Shown: positions 27,744-37,872, numbered from the stretch's first letter. The stretch is DNA of 64,000 nt from Vicinamibacterales bacterium (GCA_036012905.1 DASCQF010000010.1:7991-71990); one strand, 5' to 3'. The notes: generated by a model not told the origin, from the letters alone. Numbers and translations: made by a program.

Positions 27744-28745
27744 TCAGGGACGCAGCTCGCGCCCCAGACGTTCGAGATTTCGTGCGCCGGCCAGAATCCC
27801 ATACAGCCCGATGTTGCCTTCATGGCACGCGTACTCGAAGAGCGGACCGTCGGTGCGCCGGAACGGCATCATGACCGTATAGGGGGCGGTATATACCGAC
27901 GGGTCGGTGACGGTGTACTCGTAGGCGATAGTGTCTGAGTCGAGTCGGGTCAGGCGTTCAACCAGCTGCATGTCCGAGCCGATTCTCCCGTTCCCCCAAT
28001 CGCGGAACTGAGTCGTCTCGACGACCAGGATCTCCCCTTCCCAGTGCCCGCGCGACACGCCTGCGAGCTGCTCGAACGGGGGCTTGGCGGTGTCCTCGAG
28101 CGGGATGACCCGCGCCTGTCGCGCCTGCTCGGTGAGTATCACCACGTGCTCGGCCGTCTGGAAGATCATCAAGTTGTTGTTGTAGGCGCCGGACCTGATC
28201 GGTGGACCCGATTTGGAGAACATGATGCACCGGTCGCCCATACCCCGGTTCTCGTAGGAGTCGTACATATGCTCCCGTCGGTAGGCAGACCGCTCCCGGC
28301 TCGCCATGCGGGCCGCCTCTGTCTGCGGCGGATACCGTCCATCAGGCGGATCGATGATGAGCGACGTCCGCTTGTCGGAGGTCAGCTCGATGCCGCGCTC
28401 ATACCAGAACTCGTTGTACGACAGCACGCCGCCATCCTCACGCGACTGGTATCCGGCGTTCGGCGCCCCCGTCTCGGGGTCGAAGAGGTCACGGTTCTGA
28501 CGCGTTCTCTCCGACGCCTCGAACGCCGCGGCTTCCTCTGGCGTCAGGGTCTCTTGTCCCGCGAACTGGGCGGGCCGCTGGAGCGGTGTCAGGGTGCGGA
28601 AGGTAAAGACACCGGAGACATCCGGATGGCCATCCGGCGTCCGCATCGGCATCCCGCCTGCGGCGGACTGGGCCATGACCGGCCGGGGTGCGAGCGTGAC
28701 CATGATCGCCAGAGTGAAGAACGCCGCGAAGCATTTCTCGAGCAT
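27744..28745 (-). CDS. Conserved secreted hypothetical protein (EYACHEGN family), paralogue 1
   Basis: Signal peptide; RTPDGHPDVSG, TSLIIDPPDGR, DRC, YNNN, SRGHWEG, FEYACHEGN. Confidence 0.8.
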   Translation of the reverse strand: MLEKCFAAFFTLAIMVTLAPRPVMAQSAAGGMPMRTPDGHPDVSGVFTFRTLTPLQRPAQFAGQETLTPEEAAAFEASERTRQNRDLFDPETGAPNAGYQSREDGGVLSYNEFWYERGIELTSDKRTSLIIDPPDGRYPPQTEAARMASRERSAYRREHMYDSYENRGMGDRCIMFSKSGPPIRSGAYNNNLMIFQTAEHVVILTEQARQARVIPLEDTAKPPFEQLAGVSRGHWEGEILVVETTQFRDWGNGRIGSDMQLVERLTRLDSDTIAYEYTVTDPSVYTAPYTVMMPFRRTDGPLFEYACHEGNIGLYGILAGARNLERLGRELRP

Positions 28746-28876
28746 CTGCAATCTCCCATGGTTACCGGCCGCTACACGTCACGCCCTACGCTTAGAAACG
28801 CTCCCGTGAAGGTAAGGTAACACAGCATCACGATCGGTAGAATCCGGATCGGTGAGTTGGCCTGGCCAAGCAGGAC

Positions 28877-28897
28877 TCACTATTCACTATTCACTAT
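28877..28897 (-). repeat. (ATAGTGA)3 heptamer repeat at the gene 3' end
   Basis: tcactat x3 on the + strand; TAG-TGA in all three minus-strand frames. Confidence 0.8.
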
Positions 28898-30021
28898 TTA
28901 ATGACGAGCCCTCTTCCCACAAGCCTGCTCGGATCGGCGTCAGGCTTCGGCACGAACTTGTTGAGCCAGCCGCCCGACCAGCTGGCGATGTAGACGTTGC
29001 CTTCTTCGTCCACGTCGAGCTGGTGCGGGCGGAACAGCCCGCCCGCCAGGCCACCCGGACCGCCATAGGCGCCCCAGGTGTGCTCCAACTCGCCGTCGAG
29101 GCTGTACTTGAGCACCCGGTGCAGGCTGGCCGAGATGACCCAGACCGCGTGGTGCTCGTCGATGAACACGCCGACCGGGTCGGTGATGTCGGGCCATTCG
29201 TCGATGAAGTCCCCGTCTTCGGTGAAGATCTGGACCCGGTTGTTCCGGCGGTCGGCGACGTAGACTCGATGCTCCTGGTCGATGGCCAGCCCGTGGACCA
29301 GATCGAACTGTCCGGGACCGGTGCCAGCCTCGCCCCACTCCATCAGGTAGTTGCCGTCGGCGTCGTACTTGACGATGCGCGTGTTCCAGTAGCCGTCACC
29401 GAGCAGGAAGCTGCCGTCGGCCAGAAAGGCCAGCACCGCCGGGTCGCCGTAGTCGAACGGCCCAGGGTTCGGGTTTGCCCGCGCCTCCGCCCGTGTCGCC
29501 GGGTCGTCCCCGTCGCCCAACCGCATCACCAGCTCGCTGCCATCGTTGGTGAACTTCAGCACCTGCATGTGGACTCCGCGCCCGCGGCCTCGCTCCACCA
29601 CCCACACGTGACGCTCGGGGTCGTACGGGCTGATGTAGACCTGGTGGGGACGGTTGAGGGTGTCGTCCCACTGCGACCAGTTCTCCACCAGATTGCCGTT
29701 CCGGTCGACGACCACGAGATAGTTCGACGTGCCGTCGCGACGCTCGCCGTCGGCGTTGCGGTCTCCCCACACCGCCACGATGATCCGGTCAGGCGTGTCC
29801 GCCGCCACGCCAGACACTTCGCCCCAGGTCCAGGGATCTTCGTGATCCGGCGCCGGCTTCCACCACCCGGCGACGGCCTCGTAGCCGCCGGTTCGACCGT
29901 CGCCGCCTTTCACGATCGCGCGCGGTGTGGACCCCTCGGGAGTGGGTGGCATGGTGGCGCCGCCACAGGCGTACAGTCCAACCAGTGCGGACGCGAGAAC
30001 GGAATGGGTGTCCAGGGTCAT
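28894..30021 (-). CDS. NHL-repeat PAL-family lipoprotein
   Basis: LYAC lipobox; RPHQVY, GDGYWNTR, LVHGLA, ADRRNNRVQ, RPHQLD; paralogue of 4402..5502. Confidence 0.85.
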   Translation of the reverse strand: MTLDTHSVLASALVGLYACGGATMPPTPEGSTPRAIVKGGDGRTGGYEAVAGWWKPAPDHEDPWTWGEVSGVAADTPDRIIVAVWGDRNADGERRDGTSNYLVVVDRNGNLVENWSQWDDTLNRPHQVYISPYDPERHVWVVERGRGRGVHMQVLKFTNDGSELVMRLGDGDDPATRAEARANPNPGPFDYGDPAVLAFLADGSFLLGDGYWNTRIVKYDADGNYLMEWGEAGTGPGQFDLVHGLAIDQEHRVYVADRRNNRVQIFTEDGDFIDEWPDITDPVGVFIDEHHAVWVISASLHRVLKYSLDGELEHTWGAYGGPGGLAGGLFRPHQLDVDEEGNVYIASWSGGWLNKFVPKPDADPSRLVGRGLVIK

Positions 30022-30044
30022 GGGAGACTCGATCTCGGCGCTGG

Positions 30045-31223
30045 TCAGCGCGCCATGTAGGAGCGGCTGTGGCCGTTCCGGCTGTTCAGCACCGTAAAGG
30101 CACCGTCAGGCTCGACTGCGGCGCGAATCCAGTGCCCCTCGCACGCGTCGGTCTCTTCGAGGTTCGCGATCATCTCCTCGGCCGTGTTGTCCTCGGGACC
30201 GGGCGCGAACAGCGAGCGGTGCCCCTGCCACACCCCCTCCAGACCAGGGCTGGCGGCGATGCGCTGGTAGTGCCGGGTCATCACCGCGTCGAACCCGGGT
30301 GATGTTCCGCCCAGCCCTTTGCGAGGACCGTTGTTGACCACCACCACCTGCGGCTTCATCGCATAGAGGTGCGTCGGCGAGCCGGCGTCGTCGAAGGCGG
30401 CGTGGCGGCTCGTCTGATAGACGGTCACCTCGCCGACCAGGTTCACCGGGCAGGACAGCTCGACCTCCTTGGCCCAGTTGAAGTCGCCGAGGTCGAGAAA
30501 GGTGAATCCCCCGTAAGTGAACAGGACCCCGACGCTGCGCTGGTTCTCCGGGCTGGCCTGCGCCTTCTGCTCGGCGGTCGCGCACAGCGGGTTCCCAGCG
30601 CCGCCGTTCACCGGGGTCGAAATGATCCGCTCGTTCGACGCGATGACGGCGACGTCGACGCCACCAAGCGAGATCCGATCGCCGGCCGCGACGACCGACC
30701 GCTTGTCGCCGCACACCCGAAGATACGCGTCGACCCAGCGCTGATTCGCCTCCTCGGTGTTGGTGCCGTGGTCGTAGCAGCGCCCGATCGGAATCATCTC
30801 GGCCAGGGCTTCGAGACCGCCCACGTGGTCGGTGTGATAATGCGTGATGACGAGATGGTCGATGCGGCTCAGTCCGGCTTCCTGAGCCGCGGCGAAGATG
30901 CGCCTCGCGTCGCGATTATCCGACCCGGGGAAGCCGGTATCGATCAGCATCGACTCGCCGGTGGGCGACACGGCGAGCGTGGCGGCGCCGCCCTCCACGT
31001 CCACCCAGTAAATGTCGAAGGCGGACGGTTGGGCGACGACCGAGGTCGTCATCGTGGCAACTGCGGCCACGATGGTGGCCATGTGGCGCACGGCTCTAGC
31101 CGTGCGATCGCAGGCCTGAAGGCCTGCGCCACAGAACCATCTGGTGCGATCGCCGACCTGCCCGCCCGCCGCAACCTTGGCGAAGGCGGGAAGGCCTGCG
31201 CCAGAGAATCGCTGATTCTCCAT
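30045..31223 (-). CDS. Secreted MBL-fold metallohydrolase (ComEC/Rec2-like); start 31223 or 31082
   Basis: DVEGGAATL, LIDTG, THYHTDHVGG, ENQRS, LGD. Confidence 0.85.
   Translation of the reverse strand: MENQRFSGAGLPAFAKVAAGGQVGDRTRWFCGAGLQACDRTARAVRHMATIVAAVATMTTSVVAQPSAFDIYWVDVEGGAATLAVSPTGESMLIDTGFPGSDNRDARRIFAAAQEAGLSRIDHLVITHYHTDHVGGLEALAEMIPIGRCYDHGTNTEEANQRWVDAYLRVCGDKRSVVAAGDRISLGGVDVAVIASNERIISTPVNGGAGNPLCATAEQKAQASPENQRSVGVLFTYGGFTFLDLGDFNWAKEVELSCPVNLVGEVTVYQTSRHAAFDDAGSPTHLYAMKPQVVVVNNGPRKGLGGTSPGFDAVMTRHYQRIAASPGLEGVWQGHRSLFAPGPEDNTAEEMIANLEETDACEGHWIRAAVEPDGAFTVLNSRNGHSRSYMAR
31082..31203. repeat. REP-like palindrome cluster (GTGGCGCAGGC-loop-GCCTGCG family)
   Basis: tgtgg-cgcacggc tcta gccgtgcg-at-cgcaggcc tgaa ggcctgcg-ccaca, then a unit carrying a cccgcc..ggcggg hairpin. 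Confidence 0.75.
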
Positions 31224-31228
31224 GGTTC

Positions 31229-33046
31229 TCACTCCGGCAGGGCGAACACGAACAGGTTGTTGCCAGAGCTGGGACGCAGCTCGGGGGTCAGTCCCATGAA
31301 GTGCGACGCTGTGCCCCCGGAGCCGGTGCCGAACGCCAGATACTGCCGGCCATCCACGGCGAAGCTGATCGGAAAGCCGCTGAGCGGCGACCCGAGGTTG
31401 ATTTCCCACAGCACCTCGCCCGTCTCCTGGTCCCAGGCGCGAACCCGTCCGTTGACGTCGCCGCCAAACAGCAGCCCGCCCCCGGTCGCGACCAGCGACA
31501 TCGTGGCCGCCCGTTGCTCGTAAAGCCAGGTGGTCTCACCGGTCTCGGCGGAAATCGCACGGATGGTGCCCACGTCGTCCGTGCCCGGTGCAATCTGATG
31601 CCGGTAGGCGATGGCATAGGTAGCCGACCGGCTCTCGGTGCGTGCGGCCGGCGTGTCGGGGTCGAACTCGGTGGTCGCCATCATCCGCGCACAGGTGTTT
31701 CGCAGCGGCATGTACATCGTGTTGGTCAGCGGACTGTAGGCGCCGGCCTCCCAGTCTTTGCCGCCGTTCCAGGTGGGGCAGGTGAACACCTCCTGGCCGG
31801 GCCGGTTGAAGACGACCTCCGCGTTCGTCGACACCGCCCCGGTGGCGCCATCGATGTGGCTGATGACGTTCTGGGTCACAGTGGGCGTCGCCCAGAGAAA
31901 CTCGCCGGTCTCGCGGTCGAGCGTGTAGACCACGCCGGTCTTGCCGGGGATGCCGGTCATCACCTTGCGGACCTCACCCGGCTGAATCCGCGGATTGATC
32001 CAGCTCACCGCGGACGGGTCTGGCGCAACGGCGGTGTCGACCAGGATGCGCTCGAATGGATGGTCCAGATCCCAGTGGTCGTTCAGGTGCTGGTAGTGCC
32101 AGCGGATCTCCCCGGTGTCGGGGTCCAGCGCCAGCGTCGAGTTGTGATAGAGGTGCGTGTTCTCGATGCCGCCCAGCATGAACTTCGGCGCCGGCGAGGT
32201 GACCGAGGTGCCCTGGTAGATGAGCCGGAGCTCCGGGTCATAACTGGCCGGCATCCAGCTGCCGACGTGAATCCGCTCTTCCCACGGCACCCCGCCCCAG
32301 GTCTCGTCGCCCGGCTCGCCCGGTCGCGGGATGGTGCTGCGCCGCCACACCTCCTCGCCGGTCTGCGCGTCGTGCGCCACGATGACGCAGGTCTCCGGCC
32401 CGCCCGTCGGCCGGCAGCTTCGGCCTGAGATCGCCTTGCCGTCGGCGATGATCGGCCCCGCGCTGTGTCCGGCCGGGGTCTCCTGATAGTCGAAGATCTC
32501 GGTCTCCCAGGCGATCTCGCCAGTGGTGGCGTCGAGGCCGAGGAAGAAGTCGTCGTCGGTGGTGTTCACGATGAACCGGTCGAAGATCGCGATGTTCCGG
32601 TTGCTGCGGGCGTTGCCCCCCACGAACTCGTAGACATCGTCCGGCAGGTCGCGCCGATACGACCAGATCAGGTCGCCCGTCACTGCATCGATCGCCTCGA
32701 TGACGTCGTTCGACTGGGGCATGTAGAGCACCCCGTCGTAGGCCAGAGGCGTGCCTTCCTGGCGTCCGGTCGCGAGCGCCCGGGTCCAGACCATCCGCAA
32801 GTCGCCCACGTTCTCGCGGTCAATCTGGCTGAGCGGGCTGTACCCCCACCCGTCGAGCGTCCGGCGCCAGCTCAGCCAGTCGTCATCGGACGGATTCGCC
32901 AGCATCGCGTCCGTCACCGGGACGAACCCGTCGGCGGCTTGCGCGTAGGCAGGCTCCGGCTGCGAGACTGCCGCGAGTGTCGCAAGCATCACGATGCCGA
33001 CCGCCGTCGCCAGACCAGGTCGTGAACCACCAGACTGTTTGTGCAT
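31229..33046 (-). CDS. PQQ-binding beta-propeller dehydrogenase-like protein, HWDLDH subfamily, paralogue 2
   Basis: AAGGAG RBS; GRSCRPTGGPETC; YQHLNDHWDLDHPFER; MTGIPGKTGVVYTLDRETGEFLWATPT. Confidence 0.88.
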   Translation of the reverse strand: MHKQSGGSRPGLATAVGIVMLATLAAVSQPEPAYAQAADGFVPVTDAMLANPSDDDWLSWRRTLDGWGYSPLSQIDRENVGDLRMVWTRALATGRQEGTPLAYDGVLYMPQSNDVIEAIDAVTGDLIWSYRRDLPDDVYEFVGGNARSNRNIAIFDRFIVNTTDDDFFLGLDATTGEIAWETEIFDYQETPAGHSAGPIIADGKAISGRSCRPTGGPETCVIVAHDAQTGEEVWRRSTIPRPGEPGDETWGGVPWEERIHVGSWMPASYDPELRLIYQGTSVTSPAPKFMLGGIENTHLYHNSTLALDPDTGEIRWHYQHLNDHWDLDHPFERILVDTAVAPDPSAVSWINPRIQPGEVRKVMTGIPGKTGVVYTLDRETGEFLWATPTVTQNVISHIDGATGAVSTNAEVVFNRPGQEVFTCPTWNGGKDWEAGAYSPLTNTMYMPLRNTCARMMATTEFDPDTPAARTESRSATYAIAYRHQIAPGTDDVGTIRAISAETGETTWLYEQRAATMSLVATGGGLLFGGDVNGRVRAWDQETGEVLWEINLGSPLSGFPISFAVDGRQYLAFGTGSGGTASHFMGLTPELRPSSGNNLFVFALPE

Positions 33047-33108
33047 CGCACCGCTCCTTGTCGCCGGGTTCCTACCAAGACCTGCCCGTGGCTCACAGCT
33101 TAGAAAGA

Positions 33109-33133
33109 TGTGGCGCAGGCTTTCAAACCTGCG
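33109..33133. repeat. Single REP-like unit
   Basis: tgtggcgcaggctttcaaacctgcg, same family as 31082 and 54378. Confidence 0.65.
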
Positions 33134-33177
33134 AGGCCAGGCCGTCTCCCATAGCAACGACCAGATCGTCCAGACTG

Positions 33178-34992
33178 CTACGGCAAGGCAAACGCCAGGA
33201 CGGTGTTCGACGCGACGACCGCCACATACTGCGTGCCGTTGATTTCATACGTCAGCGGGCTCGAGCGAATCGTGCGCCCCGCGTCGTAGTGGAAGAGCTG
33301 CTCTCCGGTTCCAGTATGAAACGCATAGAAACCGCCGTCCTCGGTACCTTGAAAGATGAGGTCGCCGGCCGTTGCCACGCTGCCGCTCGAGGCGCCGAAG
33401 GTGACCGCCGGCAGGACCCGCTGCCACACGTCCTTCCCGCTGGCCGGCTCGTAGGCGGTCAGCGTCATCGAGGGCGGAAAGGTCGGAATCCGGTCGATCT
33501 CGGTGAAGTTCTTTGCGTGCCCGCCGCCTTCCCCCAGCTTCAGACTGTCGCCGAGCGGCTTGACGAGAAGTGACACACCGGCGTTCTTGCCGGTGACGTA
33601 GAGCAGACCGGTCCTGGGGCTGAACGACGGCGACCCGAAGCTCGAGCCGCCATGCGCCACGATGTAGTGCTCGTCGGTCGAGTAGGGCGTGTACATCTGT
33701 CGCGCCTGCGCCTGCAGCTCGGGGTCGTCGAGATCGAGATACGTGGCACAGAACGGCGTCAGCGGTACGCCGGCGGCGTTGTGCGGAATCGGCTGGGTCG
33801 GATAGACGACCTCACCTGGCACGTTCGTCTCGGTGGGCACGAGCGTCTCGACCATCGGGTTGATCGGCTCGCCGGTCTCGCGGTGCCAGAGATAGAGCAG
33901 ACAGTTCTTGCCGGCCGCCCCCACGCCTTTGATGGTCTCACCATTGCGCGTCACGTCGAAGAGGACCGGGCCGGTGATGTTGTCCCAGTCCCAGAGGTCG
34001 TGATGAATCGTCTGGTAGTGCCACCTGAGCGCACCCGTCTCGAGATCGAGCGCGATTGTCGAGTTGGTGAAGAGGTTGGCCCCGGGTCGCGCGGACCCGT
34101 CGTACGGGGGATTCGGATTGGCGGTATTGAAAAAGAGCAGTCCCAACTCGACGTCAATCGCCGGTTGGGTCCATATGCCGGCCCCGACCCGCTTCCCGTC
34201 GCCCCACGTCGGGTCCGCAAGCTCCCAGCCCTCGTCCTGCGGACCCTGCGGTATCGTGTTGAACACCCACTTGATCGCTCCGGTGGCAGCGTCGGCGGCC
34301 ACGACGAGCCCGCCGGGGATATTCCCTTCGGAGATCGCGGAGGCGGCAAACAGTGTGTTGTCGTAATAGGCGGGCGAACTATTCATCCGGTAGTTGAGCG
34401 ACGAAGCGTCGAAGCCTGGTGGATAGACATCCGGGTACTTGGTCTCGAGCGCCAACCCGAAAATCGGCAGGACGCCGCCATCGCCAAAGCTCTCGACGAG
34501 CGCCCCGGTCTTCGCGTCGGCCGCCACGAGCTTGTCGCCGTGGTAGGAGTAGATCGTCCCGTCGGCGTACAACGGACCGCGCACGACCCCACCGCTGACG
34601 CCATCGACCTCCAGCCTCCACACCTCGTCCCCGGTCACGGCGTTGATGGCGAGCACCGTCGCGCCGGAGTGGACGTACATCAGGCCGTCGACGACGAGCG
34701 GGGTAACCTGGCCGACGCTGAGCCCGGCCGGCACGTCGAACGACCATCGGCGCTGGAGCCGACCGACGGTCGTTGCGTTGATCTGGTCGAGCGTCGCATA
34801 CCGTTGGTTGTACGGGTCCAGATTGTGACTCGCCCAGTTCGCCTGGCTGCGACCAGCAGTGATCGTGGGTGGCTCCCCTGTCCGGGTCGTCCGCCCCTGC
34901 GCCTCGGCGTCCACCGGGTGAGGGCCGCTGAACGCCACGACGGCGAGCGCCGCCGTCGCAATACAGACACGTCGGGTGTCGAGTACTCTCAT
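33178..34992 (-). CDS. PQQ-dependent dehydrogenase (glucose/quinate-DH-like motif, soluble, secreted)
   Basis: QVTPLVVDG, GAGIWT, TANPNP, YQTIHHDLWDWD, SPLTYEINGTQYV. Confidence 0.88.
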   Translation of the reverse strand: MRVLDTRRVCIATAALAVVAFSGPHPVDAEAQGRTTRTGEPPTITAGRSQANWASHNLDPYNQRYATLDQINATTVGRLQRRWSFDVPAGLSVGQVTPLVVDGLMYVHSGATVLAINAVTGDEVWRLEVDGVSGGVVRGPLYADGTIYSYHGDKLVAADAKTGALVESFGDGGVLPIFGLALETKYPDVYPPGFDASSLNYRMNSSPAYYDNTLFAASAISEGNIPGGLVVAADAATGAIKWVFNTIPQGPQDEGWELADPTWGDGKRVGAGIWTQPAIDVELGLLFFNTANPNPPYDGSARPGANLFTNSTIALDLETGALRWHYQTIHHDLWDWDNITGPVLFDVTRNGETIKGVGAAGKNCLLYLWHRETGEPINPMVETLVPTETNVPGEVVYPTQPIPHNAAGVPLTPFCATYLDLDDPELQAQARQMYTPYSTDEHYIVAHGGSSFGSPSFSPRTGLLYVTGKNAGVSLLVKPLGDSLKLGEGGGHAKNFTEIDRIPTFPPSMTLTAYEPASGKDVWQRVLPAVTFGASSGSVATAGDLIFQGTEDGGFYAFHTGTGEQLFHYDAGRTIRSSPLTYEINGTQYVAVVASNTVLAFALP

Positions 34993-35055
34993 CGGTCTTC
35001 TCTCTTTCGTCCCGAGTGTCGGTCGGACTCGAGAGGACTGTGTCGCCGAGATCCA

Positions 35056-35067
35056 GCCGATTATACC
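35056..35067 (-). promoter_or_regulatory. -10 element GGTATAATCGGC
   Basis: 64 bp upstream of the PQQ gene start at 34992. Confidence 0.6.
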
Positions 35068-35240
35068 TGTCTGGGGTCAGGGTCTCGGCGGGGTGCAGCG
35101 GGACAACGCAAGACCGATCCGACGAGCAGCGCGACGCCGGCGTGTCGCGTTGTGTAACGTGTCCTGTGTCACGGGTCCGTCAAGGGGCGTATGATCTGCT
35201 GGAAAAACTACTCCCCGTGATTCGGGACGAGGCATTGACC

Positions 35241-36269
35241 ATGCACGCAGCCATGACATCACCTGACCACCAACTGTGCAGCCGACACCTGGCGCCGATC
35301 GTTCCCGTCATACTCCTGACGGTTGGGCTCTTGATTCCCGAGACCGCCGCCGCGCAGGACGACTGGGAAAAGCTGCCCGACATGCCGGTGGAGAAATGGG
35401 AGCCCGGCACCGTCGTGCTGGACAACAAGCTCTATCTGTTTGGCGGGTATACCGAAGGAGTCCGGTCGAGCAAGCTCTCCCACGTCTTCGATCCGAGGGA
35501 CAACAGCTGGACCCGGATTCAGGATCTACCCAGTGCCATCACTCACATGAACATGGTGCTCGATGGACGAACCGTGTGGTTCGCCGGCGGCTACAAGGAC
35601 GGCTACAAAGGGCACACGATCGCCGAGGTGTGGAGCTACGACATCGACGGCGACCGGTATACCGCGGCACCGTTGCTCCCGGAGACACGCGGCGGTGGGG
35701 GCCTCGCGCTCGTGGGGCGGCAGCTGCACTACATGGGGGGCGTCAAAGCAGATCGCGACACGGATGCTCCCGACCATTGGGTGCTCGACCTGGACGAGTG
35801 GGCGCGAGGCGCCGCTCAGTGGACGAGCGCCGCGCCCATGCCCGTGCCACGCAATCAGTTCTCGTGCGTGACGTTCGACGGGAAGATCTACGCGATCGGC
35901 GGCCAGTTCCATCACGACAGCGAACAGCTCGACCAGGCCCGGGTCGACATCTATGCCCCCGACACCGACACGTGGAGTAGTGGCCCCCCTCTGCCGAAGG
36001 GGCACTCGCATGCCGAGGGTGGAACGTTCGTCCACCGCGGCCGGATCTATATGGTCGGAGGTCACACCACCAAGCCAGGCGAGACCAAGCAGGTCGATCC
36101 AAACATTCTCGCACTAACCCCTCGCGGAGAGTGGGAGTTGGTCGCGACCCTCCCCATGCCACTCTCCTCACCCGCGGCGGCCATCATCGATGGCAGGCTC
36201 TACGTTGGAGGCGGCTCGCCTGGCTCGAGTGCCGTTCAGGCCGACATGTGGGTACGAACCGCGCCCTGA
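35241..36269 (+). CDS. Secreted Kelch-repeat protein
   Basis: Six GG...Y/F..W repeats (KLYLFGG, VWFAGG, LHYMGG, IYAIGG, IYMVGG, LYVGGG); signal peptide AAA-Q. Confidence 0.9.
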   Translation: MHAAMTSPDHQLCSRHLAPIVPVILLTVGLLIPETAAAQDDWEKLPDMPVEKWEPGTVVLDNKLYLFGGYTEGVRSSKLSHVFDPRDNSWTRIQDLPSAITHMNMVLDGRTVWFAGGYKDGYKGHTIAEVWSYDIDGDRYTAAPLLPETRGGGGLALVGRQLHYMGGVKADRDTDAPDHWVLDLDEWARGAAQWTSAAPMPVPRNQFSCVTFDGKIYAIGGQFHHDSEQLDQARVDIYAPDTDTWSSGPPLPKGHSHAEGGTFVHRGRIYMVGGHTTKPGETKQVDPNILALTPRGEWELVATLPMPLSSPAAAIIDGRLYVGGGSPGSSAVQADMWVRTAP

Positions 36270-37652
36270 GACGTGCCCGGATCGTTCAGCCTGGTAGACA
36301 CTGGGGCCAGACAACGGCGGCTCGCTCTGTTCGAGGCGCAACAATTCGGTTCGTGCTTCGGTCAGACACGCCCCATCGTCTTCGACCTCATCTATGAACG
36401 GTGCACGGTGGATCGCCTCCTGCCACGGCAATGACGACAACGCATGGTCCCGCAGATGGTGAATCAGCTTGAGCGTGCGGAATGCATCGAGCCAGTCGTG
36501 CAGATGACGAAGCCGCGCCACCGGGTCCGAGGCCTGCGCACTAATCCCCAGCCAGGCATCGCGGGCACCCTGTGCCTCGAGAAACCGTCTCACTGGAGGG
36601 TCCATGCCAGACAGCAGCTCGGAGACCGCCGACCCAACATCCGCTTGCCCCGAATCGAATCCCTGGCGGGATAGGCGCTGAAGCCCGTGCGTGACGTCTC
36701 GAACGGCCGCGAAACAGTCGGGGTGATACAGCTCGCACGCGGCGCCACGAGCCAGCTTGGCGCTTTCCGAACCGGTCCCGAACGGCACGCGCCGGGACAG
36801 GCGACTGCGAAGCCGGACAGGTTCACCTTTGAGAGAGGCCAGGGGCCGCAGCTTGCTCAGCTTACCGAGGAGGTAGAAGTCCTCTCCTGCCCTGCGCCTG
36901 GGCACGCCCCGGACCAGGGCATAGTAGAGCGCATGCACCACCATGGTGCTGCCCACGGTGTGAAACGCGTAGGGCGAGTGCGCCCACCGGAGACCACGCT
37001 TGACGTACCGGAGGCGAATCTCGTACAGCGCGGTGGCGCGATCGATGTCACGGCGACCGCCTGGCTCGTGCCAAAACGGAAACACCGCTGCCGAGCACTC
37101 GGGCGCAAGCTCTGCCGCACGTAGGAAGTAGTCCGCCGGCAGGCGTGCGTCGGCATCCGTCATCGCAATGAACGGGTGGCGCACCTGACCGGCCGCGATG
37201 AGCTCGAGGGCCACGTCTGCGCCGATCTTGCGAGCCAGGCCAACCCCCTGACGCGTCGGCAAGTGACGACCGGGTGTGAAACGGTCGACCACCAGCATGC
37301 TCAGACTGGCATCGTGCCCCAGCCACGCACCGGGCTCGAGCTCGTGCAACGCAAACCGAACGCTGAGCTCACGAAAGCAGTCCGCATTCGACGCATGAAC
37401 CGTTGCGGCCGCCCCGGCTCTGCCATTGAGCACCACAATGACCAGCACCCGGCCCGCATGCTCCGCGGCGGCTCGATACCCGTCGACGAAGGCGGGCGAC
37501 TCGGCGTATGCCGGTACGACCATGACGAAGTCGAAGGAGTCCGGACACAGCGAAGCCATGCTCGATTCCGCTTCGGCGTGGCGATGCCGGTATTGCGCTG
37601 AACCGTCAGCGACGCTCCGGCTGGCGAGAGCTGTGCTTCGGGACACCACCAT
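36168..37652 (-). CDS. GT-A fold glycosyltransferase-like protein (start uncertain)
   Basis: VVPAYAE, GVGLARKIGAD, TDAD (DxD), YAFHTVGS, RAGEDFYLL, RLSRRVPFGTG; 3' end overlaps the Kelch gene. Confidence 0.75.
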   Translation of the reverse strand: MVVSRSTALASRSVADGSAQYRHRHAEAESSMASLCPDSFDFVMVVPAYAESPAFVDGYRAAAEHAGRVLVIVVLNGRAGAAATVHASNADCFRELSVRFALHELEPGAWLGHDASLSMLVVDRFTPGRHLPTRQGVGLARKIGADVALELIAAGQVRHPFIAMTDADARLPADYFLRAAELAPECSAAVFPFWHEPGGRRDIDRATALYEIRLRYVKRGLRWAHSPYAFHTVGSTMVVHALYYALVRGVPRRRAGEDFYLLGKLSKLRPLASLKGEPVRLRSRLSRRVPFGTGSESAKLARGAACELYHPDCFAAVRDVTHGLQRLSRQGFDSGQADVGSAVSELLSGMDPPVRRFLEAQGARDAWLGISAQASDPVARLRHLHDWLDAFRTLKLIHHLRDHALSSLPWQEAIHRAPFIDEVEDDGACLTEARTELLRLEQSEPPLSGPSVYQAERSGHVSGRGSYPHVGLNGTRARRAASNVEPAIDDGRRG

Positions 37653-37872
37653 CTGCAGTGGACATCGTAGTCGCCTTTCGGAACGTGTCCACCAAATCGG
37701 ATCGTACCCACTTGACGTCAGCCCTCCGATGTGGGCATCCTCTGCGCGAAGCGCCAGACTGGGTGACAATCCGATAGTGAGAGCAGCCGTGTGGCTGTGA
37801 CACCGAGCTGGTCGAGTTTTCGGGGGGCTCAAACGCCGCCTATCGTTCCTCAACGTTGAAGGGAGAAATGCT

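Noticed and set aside
31082-31203. Possible CRISPR array or integron attC sites
   Set aside because: Only 2-3 imperfect palindromes with no regular unique spacers, no cas gene and no integrase.
33178-34992. WDWD / WDRD motifs (also in 60113..62128) as lanthanide signatures
   Set aside because: Glucose-DH-type quinoproteins carry HHDLWDxD regardless of metal, so the motif is not diagnostic in this subfamily.
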